A stretch of DNA of 64,000 nucleotides from Ruminococcus sp. (GCA_030533265.1 JAUNJM010000003.1:11692-75691), one strand, 5' to 3'. Positions 39,997-48,130 are shown, counted from the stretch's first letter. A program made the numbers and translations. Notes: a model not told the origin generated them from the letters alone.

Positions 39997-41037
39997 TTGA
40001 ATTTTTACAGCGATATAAATAATGCAGTATTCAATGAACAGCTTATAACAGCCCGAAAAAAAGAAAAACACGCTCTTTTCATAAATGCCTCAAAGCTCGG
40101 AGCGTTGCTTATCATATACTATCTGCTCGGAACACTGATGGTCAACGTCTATTATTATATTGTCTATGCGTACAAGAATCATAGTTTTACACTGAGTTAC
40201 ACAACGGTAATAAAATATCTGCGAGGACAACCTGAACTTATATCGTCATCACTTTTTGTAATGCTTGCAAATCTTTTTTCTGTTGTCATGTCGCTTGTGA
40301 TTACATTGATGATAGCCGGATTGTTAATGAAAGTACGATTCGGAGTAATGATCAAGCCTCAGAAAAAGCATTTCATAGGTGCAGGAGTATGGCTTCCTGC
40401 TTGTATGGCAATAAACTCGGTGATGAGCGTCATAGCAGCTATTTTCACTATGTTCATGGGAAAAAGAGGTATAACCGTACCTGAAATGGATCTGACTCTT
40501 TCCGATCCAGGCTTTGCGGGATTATTTACACAGATAGTTTATGTAATAATTATAGGCCCGATAGCAGAGGAGCTTATATACCGAGGATTGATTCTTTCAT
40601 TGCTCAAACCGTTCGGCAAATGGCTTGCAGTCTTTTTTTCAGCATTGATGTTTGCACTTATGCACGGAAACATTCCACAAGCTCTCGCAGCCTTTATGGG
40701 AGCATTGGTGTACGGACTTCTGGCAGTTAAGTTTGATTCGATAATACCGACTATACTGATTCATATTGCCAACAATTTCATTGCAAGCTATCCTGACTAT
40801 AAAGCTGTTTATAATATGCCTATGTGGATATACTATGCAGTCATGATAGTGCTTTCATTTGCGGGAATTTATGTTATACTCACAAGAATAACCGAACTGA
40901 GAATAAAACATGAGTCACCAAGCGTTTTAAGCTCAGCACAGAAATACAGGATAGTATTCACAAACGTATTTGTAATATTTTATCTGCTTATGCTTATAAC
41001 AACTTTTATAAAGGCTTTTTATTATGCAAATATGTAA
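39997..41037 (+). CDS. CPBP (Abi/CAAX) intramembrane metalloprotease
   Basis: PIAEELIYRG, FALMH, HIANN. Confidence 0.88.
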   Translation: MNFYSDINNAVFNEQLITARKKEKHALFINASKLGALLIIYYLLGTLMVNVYYYIVYAYKNHSFTLSYTTVIKYLRGQPELISSSLFVMLANLFSVVMSLVITLMIAGLLMKVRFGVMIKPQKKHFIGAGVWLPACMAINSVMSVIAAIFTMFMGKRGITVPEMDLTLSDPGFAGLFTQIVYVIIIGPIAEELIYRGLILSLLKPFGKWLAVFFSALMFALMHGNIPQALAAFMGALVYGLLAVKFDSIIPTILIHIANNFIASYPDYKAVYNMPMWIYYAVMIVLSFAGIYVILTRITELRIKHESPSVLSSAQKYRIVFTNVFVIFYLLMLITTFIKAFYYANM

Positions 41038-41296
41038 CCCCGGGTTTACCGAGCAACAGGCTCACCATTATCTCGAAAACAGGCTATGGATCTGAGATGT
41101 GCAAAGATAGAAATTGTACGCAAGATCATAAAGCTGTATGAAAGCTGATTTTTGCAGAGATAATATGTATACAAATTGTGAAAAAACAGTTTTGCAAGTG
41201 TTAAATTACATAAATTCCATTGCAATTTGAAAAAAAAGAGAGTATAATATAAAAGGTTAATTTTATTTTAATATATAAAAACGGAGGGTGTTAAAA

Positions 41297-42160
41297 ATGT
41301 TAGTATCTGCAAAGGAAATGCTTACAAAGGCAATCGAAGGAAAGTATGCTGTAGGTCAGTTCAACATTAACAATCTTGAATGGACAAAGGCTATTCTTCA
41401 GACAGCTGAAGAACTCAAGTCACCTGTAATTCTTGGTGTATCTGAGGGTGCAGGAAAATACATGTGCGGATATAAGACTATTGTTGGAATGGTGAACGGT
41501 ATGATCGAGGAGCTCGGAATTACAGTTCCTGTAGCACTTCACCTTGATCACGGTACATTTGAAGGTGCAAAGGCTTGTATCAACGCAGGTTTCTCATCAA
41601 TCATGTTCGATGGTTCACACTACCCAATCGAAGAAAACATCGCAAAGACAACAGCTCTCGTAAATACTTGTGACGTTCTCGGAATTTCACTTGAGGCTGA
41701 AGTTGGTTCAATCGGTGGAGAAGAAGACGGTGTTATCGGTGCCGGTGAATGTGCTGATCCTGACGAGTGCAAGGCTATTGCTGACCTCGGTGTAACAATG
41801 CTTGCTGCAGGTATCGGAAATATTCACGGTAAATATCCTGAAAACTGGGCTGGTCTTTCATTCGATACACTTGCTGCAGTTAAGGACAAGGTTGGAGATA
41901 TGCCACTCGTACTTCACGGTGGTACAGGAATCCCTGCTGACATGATCAAGAAGGCAATTTCACTCGGAGTTGCAAAGATCAACGTAAATACAGAGTGCCA
42001 GCTTGCATTCGCTGCTGAAACAAGAAAGTATATCGAAGAAGGTAAGGACCTTCAGGGCAAGGGCTTTGACCCAAGAAAGATACTTGCTCCGGGTGTTGAG
42101 GCAATCAAGGCAACAGTTAAGGAAAAGATGGAACTCTTCGGTTCAATCGGCAAGGCTTAA
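41297..42160 (+). CDS. fba: Class II fructose-bisphosphate aldolase
   Basis: HLDHG, DGSH, GNIHG, VLHGGTG, KINVNT. Confidence 0.96.
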   Translation: MLVSAKEMLTKAIEGKYAVGQFNINNLEWTKAILQTAEELKSPVILGVSEGAGKYMCGYKTIVGMVNGMIEELGITVPVALHLDHGTFEGAKACINAGFSSIMFDGSHYPIEENIAKTTALVNTCDVLGISLEAEVGSIGGEEDGVIGAGECADPDECKAIADLGVTMLAAGIGNIHGKYPENWAGLSFDTLAAVKDKVGDMPLVLHGGTGIPADMIKKAISLGVAKINVNTECQLAFAAETRKYIEEGKDLQGKGFDPRKILAPGVEAIKATVKEKMELFGSIGKA

Positions 42161-42213
42161 TAAAAGTAATATAAAGGGGAGCAGATTGCTCCCCTGATAT
42201 ATAAAATTGAATA

Positions 42214-42257
42214 CGAGTGTATCCCAGATCAACCACTCGCTAATAAAAACAAGGAGG
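42214..42257 (+). ncRNA. Probable preQ1 class I riboswitch (translational)
   Basis: CGAGTG/CACTCG stem, loop ending AAC, A-rich tail TAATAAAAACAAGG overlapping the SD of queT. Confidence 0.65.
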
Positions 42258-42266
42258 ATTCTCTAA

Positions 42267-42779
42267 ATGAGAATTTTTAACGCACGCAGAATCACAAAAA
42301 TTTCGACTGTTACAGCGATTTATGTAGTCACAACATTGCTTTGCAGTGGAATAGCATACGGACAGATGCAGTTTCGGGTATCAGAAATGCTGATGTTACT
42401 TTGCTTTTTCAATAAGGACTATATCATTTCAATGACGCTGGGTTGCTTTATCGCAAATCTGTTCAGTCCTTTAGGCCTTATTGATGCAGGATTTGGAACA
42501 GCAGCAACACTTATTGCAGCGATACTGATATATGTGTTCCGCAAGGAAAACAACACGGGACGATTGATAGTATGTTCACTTTTCCCCGTTATTACGAATG
42601 CATTAATAGTATCCGCAGAGCTTAAGGTTGTATTCGACTTGCCATACTGGGCAAACGCCGTATGGGTAGGAGCAGGCGAATTTGTGTGTGTAAGCATTCT
42701 CGGAACAGCAGTTTTCAGACTTTTGTTAATGAACAAAGGATTTGTGAAAATGGTTTCGGCAAAGAGTGCGGTTAATTAA
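42267..42779 (+). CDS. queT: Queuosine precursor transporter QueT
   Basis: YGQMQFRVSE, GCFIANLFSP.G..D..FGT, GEF. Confidence 0.9.
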   Translation: MRIFNARRITKISTVTAIYVVTTLLCSGIAYGQMQFRVSEMLMLLCFFNKDYIISMTLGCFIANLFSPLGLIDAGFGTAATLIAAILIYVFRKENNTGRLIVCSLFPVITNALIVSAELKVVFDLPYWANAVWVGAGEFVCVSILGTAVFRLLLMNKGFVKMVSAKSAVN

Positions 42780-42820
42780 AAAAATGACCGACAATTACAT
42801 AGTGATTGTCGGTTGAATAT

Positions 42821-42906
42821 GCAGAAGTGGCGGAATGGCAGACGCGCTGGCTTCAGGTGCCAGTGGCAGCAATGTCGTGTGGGTTCAAGTCCCATCTTCT
42901 GCACCA
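42821..42906 (+). tRNA. tRNA-Leu(CAG)
   Basis: GCAGAAGTGGCGGAATGGCAGACGC...TTCAGGT...long variable arm...GGTTCAAGTCC...CCA. Confidence 0.97.
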
Positions 42907-42949
42907 AAAAAGAAGTAACTTTTGGTAGACAAAAGTTACTTCTTTTTTT
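42907..42949 (+). terminator. Long hairpin terminator after tRNA-Leu
   Basis: AAAAGAAGTAACTTTTG/CAAAAGTTACTTCTTTT. Confidence 0.85.
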
Positions 42950-43094
42950 ATCCAAGCCGCAGGCTTGGCATATCATCACGCGTCAGCGTGTATATCATCG
43001 CCGTAGGCGCATATCATCAGCCGAAGGCTGTATTACCTGCAGCTTGATGAGATGCAACACTGCGTGTTGATGATATACAAGGCTTCGCCTTGAT
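42950..43094. repeat. Two-fold symmetric array of six variable hairpins joined by a constant YATATCAT linker
   Basis: Four top-strand hairpins (loops GCA, GTCA, GTA, GAA) and two bottom-strand hairpins (GCA, GAA); three linkers on top and two on the bottom strand. Confidence 0.9.
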
Positions 43095-43139
43095 TTGTTT
43101 GTGGAAAAGTAGTATAATTCTCTTGAAAGGAGTGGTTAT

Positions 43140-43488
43140 ATGCCGAAAAATTATTTGCTGATATATTCTGAGCAGCTTGCAACTGAAATTGAATTGCTTT
43201 GTCAAAGCATTAAGGCCCCGTCTAACACTCTTTTCCAAATTCGTAAAAAGTTCAAGCAGTATTTATGCAAATATCCGTGAAGCAAATTATGGACAGAGTA
43301 AAGCGGATATGCTTTCAAAATTTGAAATTGCTCTTAAGGAATGTAGCGAAACCGAAGGTTGGTTACGTTTATTGTTCAATACGAATGCGATTGATGAAGA
43401 AATCTATAAAAAGCATAGAAATCTTTGCGGTCGAATCAGACGAATGTTGATTGCAAGTTGTAAAACATTAAAGGAGAGTATAAAATGA
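43140..43488 (+). pseudogene. Four-helix-bundle protein (23S rRNA IVP / Avd-like family) with +1 frameshift in the A5 run at 43245-43249
   Basis: AGGAG RBS, MPKNYLL...QIRK|SSSSIYANIREANYGQSKADMLSKFEIALKECSETEGWLRLL; matches the family pattern Q..RS..SI.ANI.E....S..DF..K..IA.KE..ET..WL. Confidence 0.85.
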
Positions 43489-43856
43489 AACGAATTATTT
43501 GTTTTTTGATTTGCTTGTTGATGCTATTTTCATTCGTAGGTTGTGATTCCGATACAACCCCTGTTCTTTCCGGCAGTTATTATGCTGTTGGCGATTATGA
43601 AGAAATGTTAACGCCGTATCTGTCGCTTGATACAGATAACAATGAGTTTCGTTTTGGTGCCGGTTCTGCACTTTCTTATCAGGAATATGGCTCTTATAAA
43701 ATTGCAGACGGAAAGATTATTGCCACTTCACAAAGCACAACATTTGAATTTGAGATTAAGGATAAGAACACCCTTATATTGATTGACAATGGGGATAATG
43801 ACTTTTTTAAAATTCCTATCAATACGCAGTTTGTATATAGTGAAGATTTGAAGTAA
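43485..43856 (+). CDS. Hypothetical lipoprotein (cargo of the tRNA-Leu module)
   Basis: MKRIICFLICLLMLFSFVGC lipobox; AAGGAG RBS; overlaps the upstream stop. Confidence 0.75.
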   Translation: MKRIICFLICLLMLFSFVGCDSDTTPVLSGSYYAVGDYEEMLTPYLSLDTDNNEFRFGAGSALSYQEYGSYKIADGKIIATSQSTTFEFEIKDKNTLILIDNGDNDFFKIPINTQFVYSEDLK

Positions 43857-43914
43857 TTACATTATTTTTAGTCGTTCTTACCCCTGCTTACACTACTTTT
43901 AGTCGCTCTCTCGC

Positions 43915-43955
43915 AAAAAAAGTAGGAAGTACCAAAGGTGCTTCCTACTTTTTTT
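43915..43955. terminator. Bidirectional terminator closing the module
   Basis: A7-GTAGGAAGTACC/GGTGCTTCCTAC-T7. Confidence 0.85.
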
Positions 43956-44052
43956 ATGTAATAAAAATCCCTAAAATCTACGTTCTTAAAATTAATTTAT
44001 TGTAAAACTATAACGTAACCTCGTTCGGCTATCCTATCTTCTGTTGTTTTTT

Positions 44053-44988
44053 CTATACTTTAAAAACCATTCTCAAAAAGTTATACAGATGTGGTTTTAC
44101 ACTGCTTGCATCGTGACCACCGTCTGATACCGTGTGCCAGAGATGCGTTACACCATTATCATTCAGCAAGTTGTGATAGGACTCCGGTGCTGTCGTGACA
44201 ACAGGATCATTGACTGCTGCAGAAACAAGCAAAAGATATGGTGCTTTTTTAGTGAAGGTCAGCTCCGACTTTTCAAGCTGTCCCGGATGCATTGGGGAAT
44301 TCGGTATTTCAACCAGTCCCGGAGCCGGACAAACAGCTCCTATGTAACCGAAAAGCTCAGGGAGAGAAGCTCCGATAAAAAGTGATTCACGTCCACCCAT
44401 AGAAAATCCTGTTATAGCAGTGTTTTCCCTGCCTGTTTTTACAGAAAAGGTCTTTTCAATAAACGGCATAAGATCTGTTGTAAGATCGTTTATGAAATTG
44501 TCATATGCAAGTGAATTTTCAAGGTCCATACCGGTGCAAGAAGGCATATCCTTGCTACAGAACATGTATGGTGCTACTACTATCATCTCTTCAGCCTGAC
44601 CGTCAGCGTAAAGATTTGAAATCATTTTGTCAAGACTTAAATCAAAGCCTTTTGCCCAATCCTCATTACCAAAGTATCCGTGCAAAAGATAAAGAACAGG
44701 ATATTTTTTATCCTCAGAATAGTTCGGAGGCAAAAGGACGTTAACATTGGTATCACGACCTGCAGTTTTGGAAAAGTAGGTGTATTTTCTGAACTCAGGG
44801 TAATCAATACCATCTCTTTTGACAATGATGTCCTCTGGTTGCTTTTCAGTGATTTTTTCCTTAACAGATTGCATATACTCCACTCCTGTAATTTTTTCGC
44901 CAGCTGAACTGTCTTTTGAACTATTGCTGTTACACGAAGCAGTTGACAAGGTCAGTATTGCAACAAGTAAGCATAGTATTTTTTTCAT
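44053..44988 (-). CDS. CE1-like esterase lipoprotein (feruloyl/acetyl esterase type)
   Basis: Lipobox TASC, YPVLYLLHG, GFSMGG, GGH. Confidence 0.82.
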   Translation of the reverse strand: MKKILCLLVAILTLSTASCNSNSSKDSSAGEKITGVEYMQSVKEKITEKQPEDIIVKRDGIDYPEFRKYTYFSKTAGRDTNVNVLLPPNYSEDKKYPVLYLLHGYFGNEDWAKGFDLSLDKMISNLYADGQAEEMIVVAPYMFCSKDMPSCTGMDLENSLAYDNFINDLTTDLMPFIEKTFSVKTGRENTAITGFSMGGRESLFIGASLPELFGYIGAVCPAPGLVEIPNSPMHPGQLEKSELTFTKKAPYLLLVSAAVNDPVVTTAPESYHNLLNDNGVTHLWHTVSDGGHDASSVKPHLYNFLRMVFKV

Positions 44989-45167
44989 GATATCATCTCC
45001 TACAGATTGATTCTGCAATAAGTATATCATAACATTTAACTTTTTTCAAGACTTTTTGGAGAATATGTGGAATATTGAAAATTATAAATGTGGTATCACT
45101 TGTAAATCACAAGTTGTTGTGATATAATATAATTTATAGGCAACAATAGAAAAAACGGAGGATAATT

Positions 45168-46118
45168 ATGAAAGAGATCGTTATAGCAATACTTTTGTTG
45201 ATAGTCGGATTTGTTCTTCTGATAAAGGGAGCCGATTTTTTTGTAAGTGGCAGTTCATCTGTGGCAAAGCTTCTGAAGGTGCCATCAATGATAATCGGAC
45301 TTACAATCGTTGCAATGGGAACAAGCCTACCCGAGTGTGCGGTAAGCGTAACGGCTTCAATTACAAACAACAATTCTCTTGCAGTAAGTAATGTTATCGG
45401 TTCAAATATGTTTAATCTCATGGCAGTTTGTGGAGCCTGTGCACTGTTTACTCCACTTGTTGTAAAAGCTAATACGCTGAAAAAGGAATTTCCGTTTTCC
45501 GTTTTATGTGCAGCACTTCTACTGATTTTCGGCTCTCTTGGAGCAACGCTTGGACGTGTTGACGGAATTATACTGCTTGCACTTTTTGCACTATATCTGT
45601 TCTGGATGATCATGTCAGCAAAAAAAGCAAGGAAAAATGCTTCTGATAGTGACTCTGAAGATTATGAGATACTGCCGGTATGGAAATGTCTGCTTTTCAT
45701 CGTGGGCGGAATTGTTGCAATAAAGTTCGGAGGAGATTTTGTAGTTGACGGTGCTGTAACAATAGCAGAAAAAGCCGGTCTTAGCCAGACGCTTATCGGA
45801 CTCACAATCGTTGCAATGGGTACAAGCCTACCTGAATTTGTTACGTCCATTGTTGCGGCAAAGAAGAATGAGGTCGATATGGCTCTTGGCAACGTTATTG
45901 GATCAAATATTTTCAACATTCTTCTGATCCTTGGAATAGCGTCAACAATAAGTCCGATTGCGTTCATAAAAGAAAACATGGTAGATATAATTGTCCTCAT
46001 AGCATTCAGCATAATTGTATGGATTTTTGCCTGGACTAAAAAAACTCTCCGTCGTTCTGAAGGGATTGCAATGCTTATTTTATTTATCACATACATGGTC
46101 TATATCGCAATAAGATAA
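45168..46118 (+). CDS. Calcium/sodium antiporter (YrbG-like)
   Basis: Two alpha repeats GLTIVAMGTSLPE...GSN.FN. Confidence 0.92.
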   Translation: MKEIVIAILLLIVGFVLLIKGADFFVSGSSSVAKLLKVPSMIIGLTIVAMGTSLPECAVSVTASITNNNSLAVSNVIGSNMFNLMAVCGACALFTPLVVKANTLKKEFPFSVLCAALLLIFGSLGATLGRVDGIILLALFALYLFWMIMSAKKARKNASDSDSEDYEILPVWKCLLFIVGGIVAIKFGGDFVVDGAVTIAEKAGLSQTLIGLTIVAMGTSLPEFVTSIVAAKKNEVDMALGNVIGSNIFNILLILGIASTISPIAFIKENMVDIIVLIAFSIIVWIFAWTKKTLRRSEGIAMLILFITYMVYIAIR

Positions 46119-46230
46119 AAAGACAGCAAGCCAAAAGCCTTGCTGTTTATTTTTTACTGTACAGAAAATCTCCCCACAAAACTGTCGGAATACGCTATAC
46201 TGAAATCAACTTAAAAAGGAGGTTAATTTT

Positions 46231-46647
46231 ATGGTAAATTATGCAAAAAACAAATCGCATAAACTTCTTATTGTATTGGTGATAATTATTGCCGTTTCCT
46301 CAATGATAACAGGATGCAAAGCTGAAAAAAGTACAGATACCTATGAACCATACGTCACAACAAGATCCAGATCATTGTGCCTTTACGCTAATTGCAACAG
46401 AAAACGTGAAACGGGAAGTGTTTATTGCAGTTTGCATCGTCGTACCGATACTGAACGCACAACCACTAAAACAACTACTACACGAAAATCAACCTATGTT
46501 CCTCGAAAAACGTCTAAAACCACTACAAAGTATGATGAATATGATGTTTATGATTATGTTAATCCGGAAGATTTTTACTATGACAACTATGATGATTTCT
46601 TTGATTATGAGGACGCAGAGGACTACTATTACGACCATCATAGCTGA
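46231..46647 (+). CDS. Hypothetical lipoprotein with Cys/His motif and Asp/Tyr-rich tail
   Basis: Strong AGGAGG RBS, lipobox ITGC, C-x4-C-x9-C-x2-H, T/K linker, D/Y tail. Confidence 0.75.
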   Translation: MVNYAKNKSHKLLIVLVIIIAVSSMITGCKAEKSTDTYEPYVTTRSRSLCLYANCNRKRETGSVYCSLHRRTDTERTTTKTTTTRKSTYVPRKTSKTTTKYDEYDVYDYVNPEDFYYDNYDDFFDYEDAEDYYYDHHS

Positions 46648-46734
46648 AAATATTAAAATTGTGTAAACTTTCGGCTTATATATACACTCCCCTTGACTTG
46701 AAAGCTTGGCTGTGATATAATATTAAAGTTGAAT

Positions 46735-46811
46735 GCGTTGCTAGCTCAGCTGGATAGAGTGACTGGCTACGAACCAGTAGGTCAGGGGTTCGAGTCCCTT
46801 GCAGCGCACCA
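46735..46811 (+). tRNA. tRNA-Arg(ACG)
   Basis: GCGTTGCTAGCTCAGCTGGATAGAG...CTACGAA...GGTTCGAGTCC...CCA; TTGACT-17-TATAAT promoter at 46693-46721. Confidence 0.97.
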
Positions 46812-47027
46812 ATGCCGACCGCAGAGGGCAAATCACGATAGCAGGTTACGACCTCGCAGTGATAAGTTTTGTATGTGGTCAATCAGATCACGTTATCGGT
46901 TTAGATAGCGTGATTTTTTGTTTATATGATTACATCGAATATGGACAGTGTCATCAAATGTTGGTTTATATATAAATAAAAATGCCGTTCTCTGTTTTCA
47001 GAGAACGGCAATCTTTTTAGATAAGAA

Positions 47028-47897
47028 TTACTTTATAGTAGTGATGTCACTGCCAAACCACTTTGTTGAGATTTTTTCAACTGTACCATCAGCCTTCATA
47101 GCAGAGAGAGTTTCTTCAATCTTGTCGCAAAGAGCCTGATCACCCTTTCTGAAACCGATAGCATATTCCTCTTCTTCAAGTCCCTCGTCCATAATCTTGA
47201 ATTCTTTCTTTGTTGAGTTGATTTCGTACTGAGCAACAACAGAATCAAGGAAAACAGCATCGCACATGCCAAGCTCAAGCTGGTTAAGAGCCTCAACGTT
47301 AGTAGCAAGCTCTTGTACTGTGATGTCAGCATAAATATCGCTGTCAGCAAGAATCTCCTGAGCTGTAGAGCCGTTCTGAACGGCAATAGTCTTGCCCTTA
47401 AGATCGTCAAGAGTTTTCATTTCACTGTCAGAGTTGATAGTGAAAACCATAGCATTGTTCATATAAGGGTCAGACATAAGCATCTGCTCTTTTCTTGAAG
47501 GACTTACAGAAAGACCGTTCCAGATACAGTCGATAGTACCTGCGTTAAGGTCAATTTCTTTTGTCTCCCAGTTAACACCGTAAGTTTCAAGCTTGATGTC
47601 AAGACGCTTGCAAACTTCTTCAGCAAGGTCGATGTCAAAGCCTACTATCTTATCATTTTCGTCAGTGTAACCCATTGGCTTAAAAGTAGCATCAAGACCA
47701 AGAATGAGCTTTCCTGCATCAGTAACCTTCTTGAGGGACTCATCAACAGAAGTAACACTCTCCTCTGCCTTTGAAGCAGACTCTGATTCAGCCTTAACAT
47801 CTGAATTAGAAGCGATTTCTGTTCCACCACAGCCTGCGAACAAAAGCATAGTAGCCAGTGAAGCAGAAGCTATAGCACTTAAAATTGATTTTCTCAT
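47028..47897 (-). CDS. Amino acid ABC transporter substrate-binding lipoprotein
   Basis: Lipobox FAGC, GFDIDLA, IDCIWNG, YAIGFRK, KWFG. Confidence 0.9.
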   Translation of the reverse strand: MRKSILSAIASASLATMLLFAGCGGTEIASNSDVKAESESASKAEESVTSVDESLKKVTDAGKLILGLDATFKPMGYTDENDKIVGFDIDLAEEVCKRLDIKLETYGVNWETKEIDLNAGTIDCIWNGLSVSPSRKEQMLMSDPYMNNAMVFTINSDSEMKTLDDLKGKTIAVQNGSTAQEILADSDIYADITVQELATNVEALNQLELGMCDAVFLDSVVAQYEINSTKKEFKIMDEGLEEEEYAIGFRKGDQALCDKIEETLSAMKADGTVEKISTKWFGSDITTIK

Positions 47898-48130
47898 AAA
47901 ATTTTCTCCTTTCAAAAACGTCTTATCATAACGTATTTACTTTATTATATTAGCACAACTTTTGACTAAAGTAAATGGGTTTAGCAATTTTTTTGAAAAA
48001 AGTCCTAAAAAACATTTCAAAATCACGAAATTTTGTGAACTTTTTTTCGTAGAGCGAAAAACGCTTGATTTTTTTCGAGGATTATTGTATAATTTGAAAG
48101 AAGACACGAATGATAATAGGAGGAATAAAC

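Noticed and set aside
42950-43094. CRISPR array interpretation of the repeat
   Set aside because: The constant part is only 8 nt, the variable parts are short palindromes, orientation flips mid-array, and there are no cas genes in the window
42776-43238. Short ORFs overlapping tRNA-Leu and the hairpin array (also ORFs over the tRNAs at 14209-14682 and 46676-46882)
   Set aside because: Shadow ORFs across RNA genes and repeats with no recognisable protein features
43242-43250. Programmed -1 frameshift at AAA AAG in the four-helix-bundle gene
   Set aside because: Restoring the frame needs +1; a -1 slip enters the wrong frame
42950-43856. Complete diversity-generating retroelement
   Set aside because: No reverse transcriptase and no TR/VR pair differing at adenines seen in the window
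45293-45840. ~40-bp near-identical DNA repeat inside the antiporter gene
   Set aside because: Corresponds to the two conserved alpha repeats (GLTIVAMGTSLPE) normal for this family
46817-46880. c-di-GMP-I riboswitch after tRNA-Arg
   Set aside because: Only a GGCAAA..ACG fragment resembles it; the second stem is missing and there is no downstream gene on that strand
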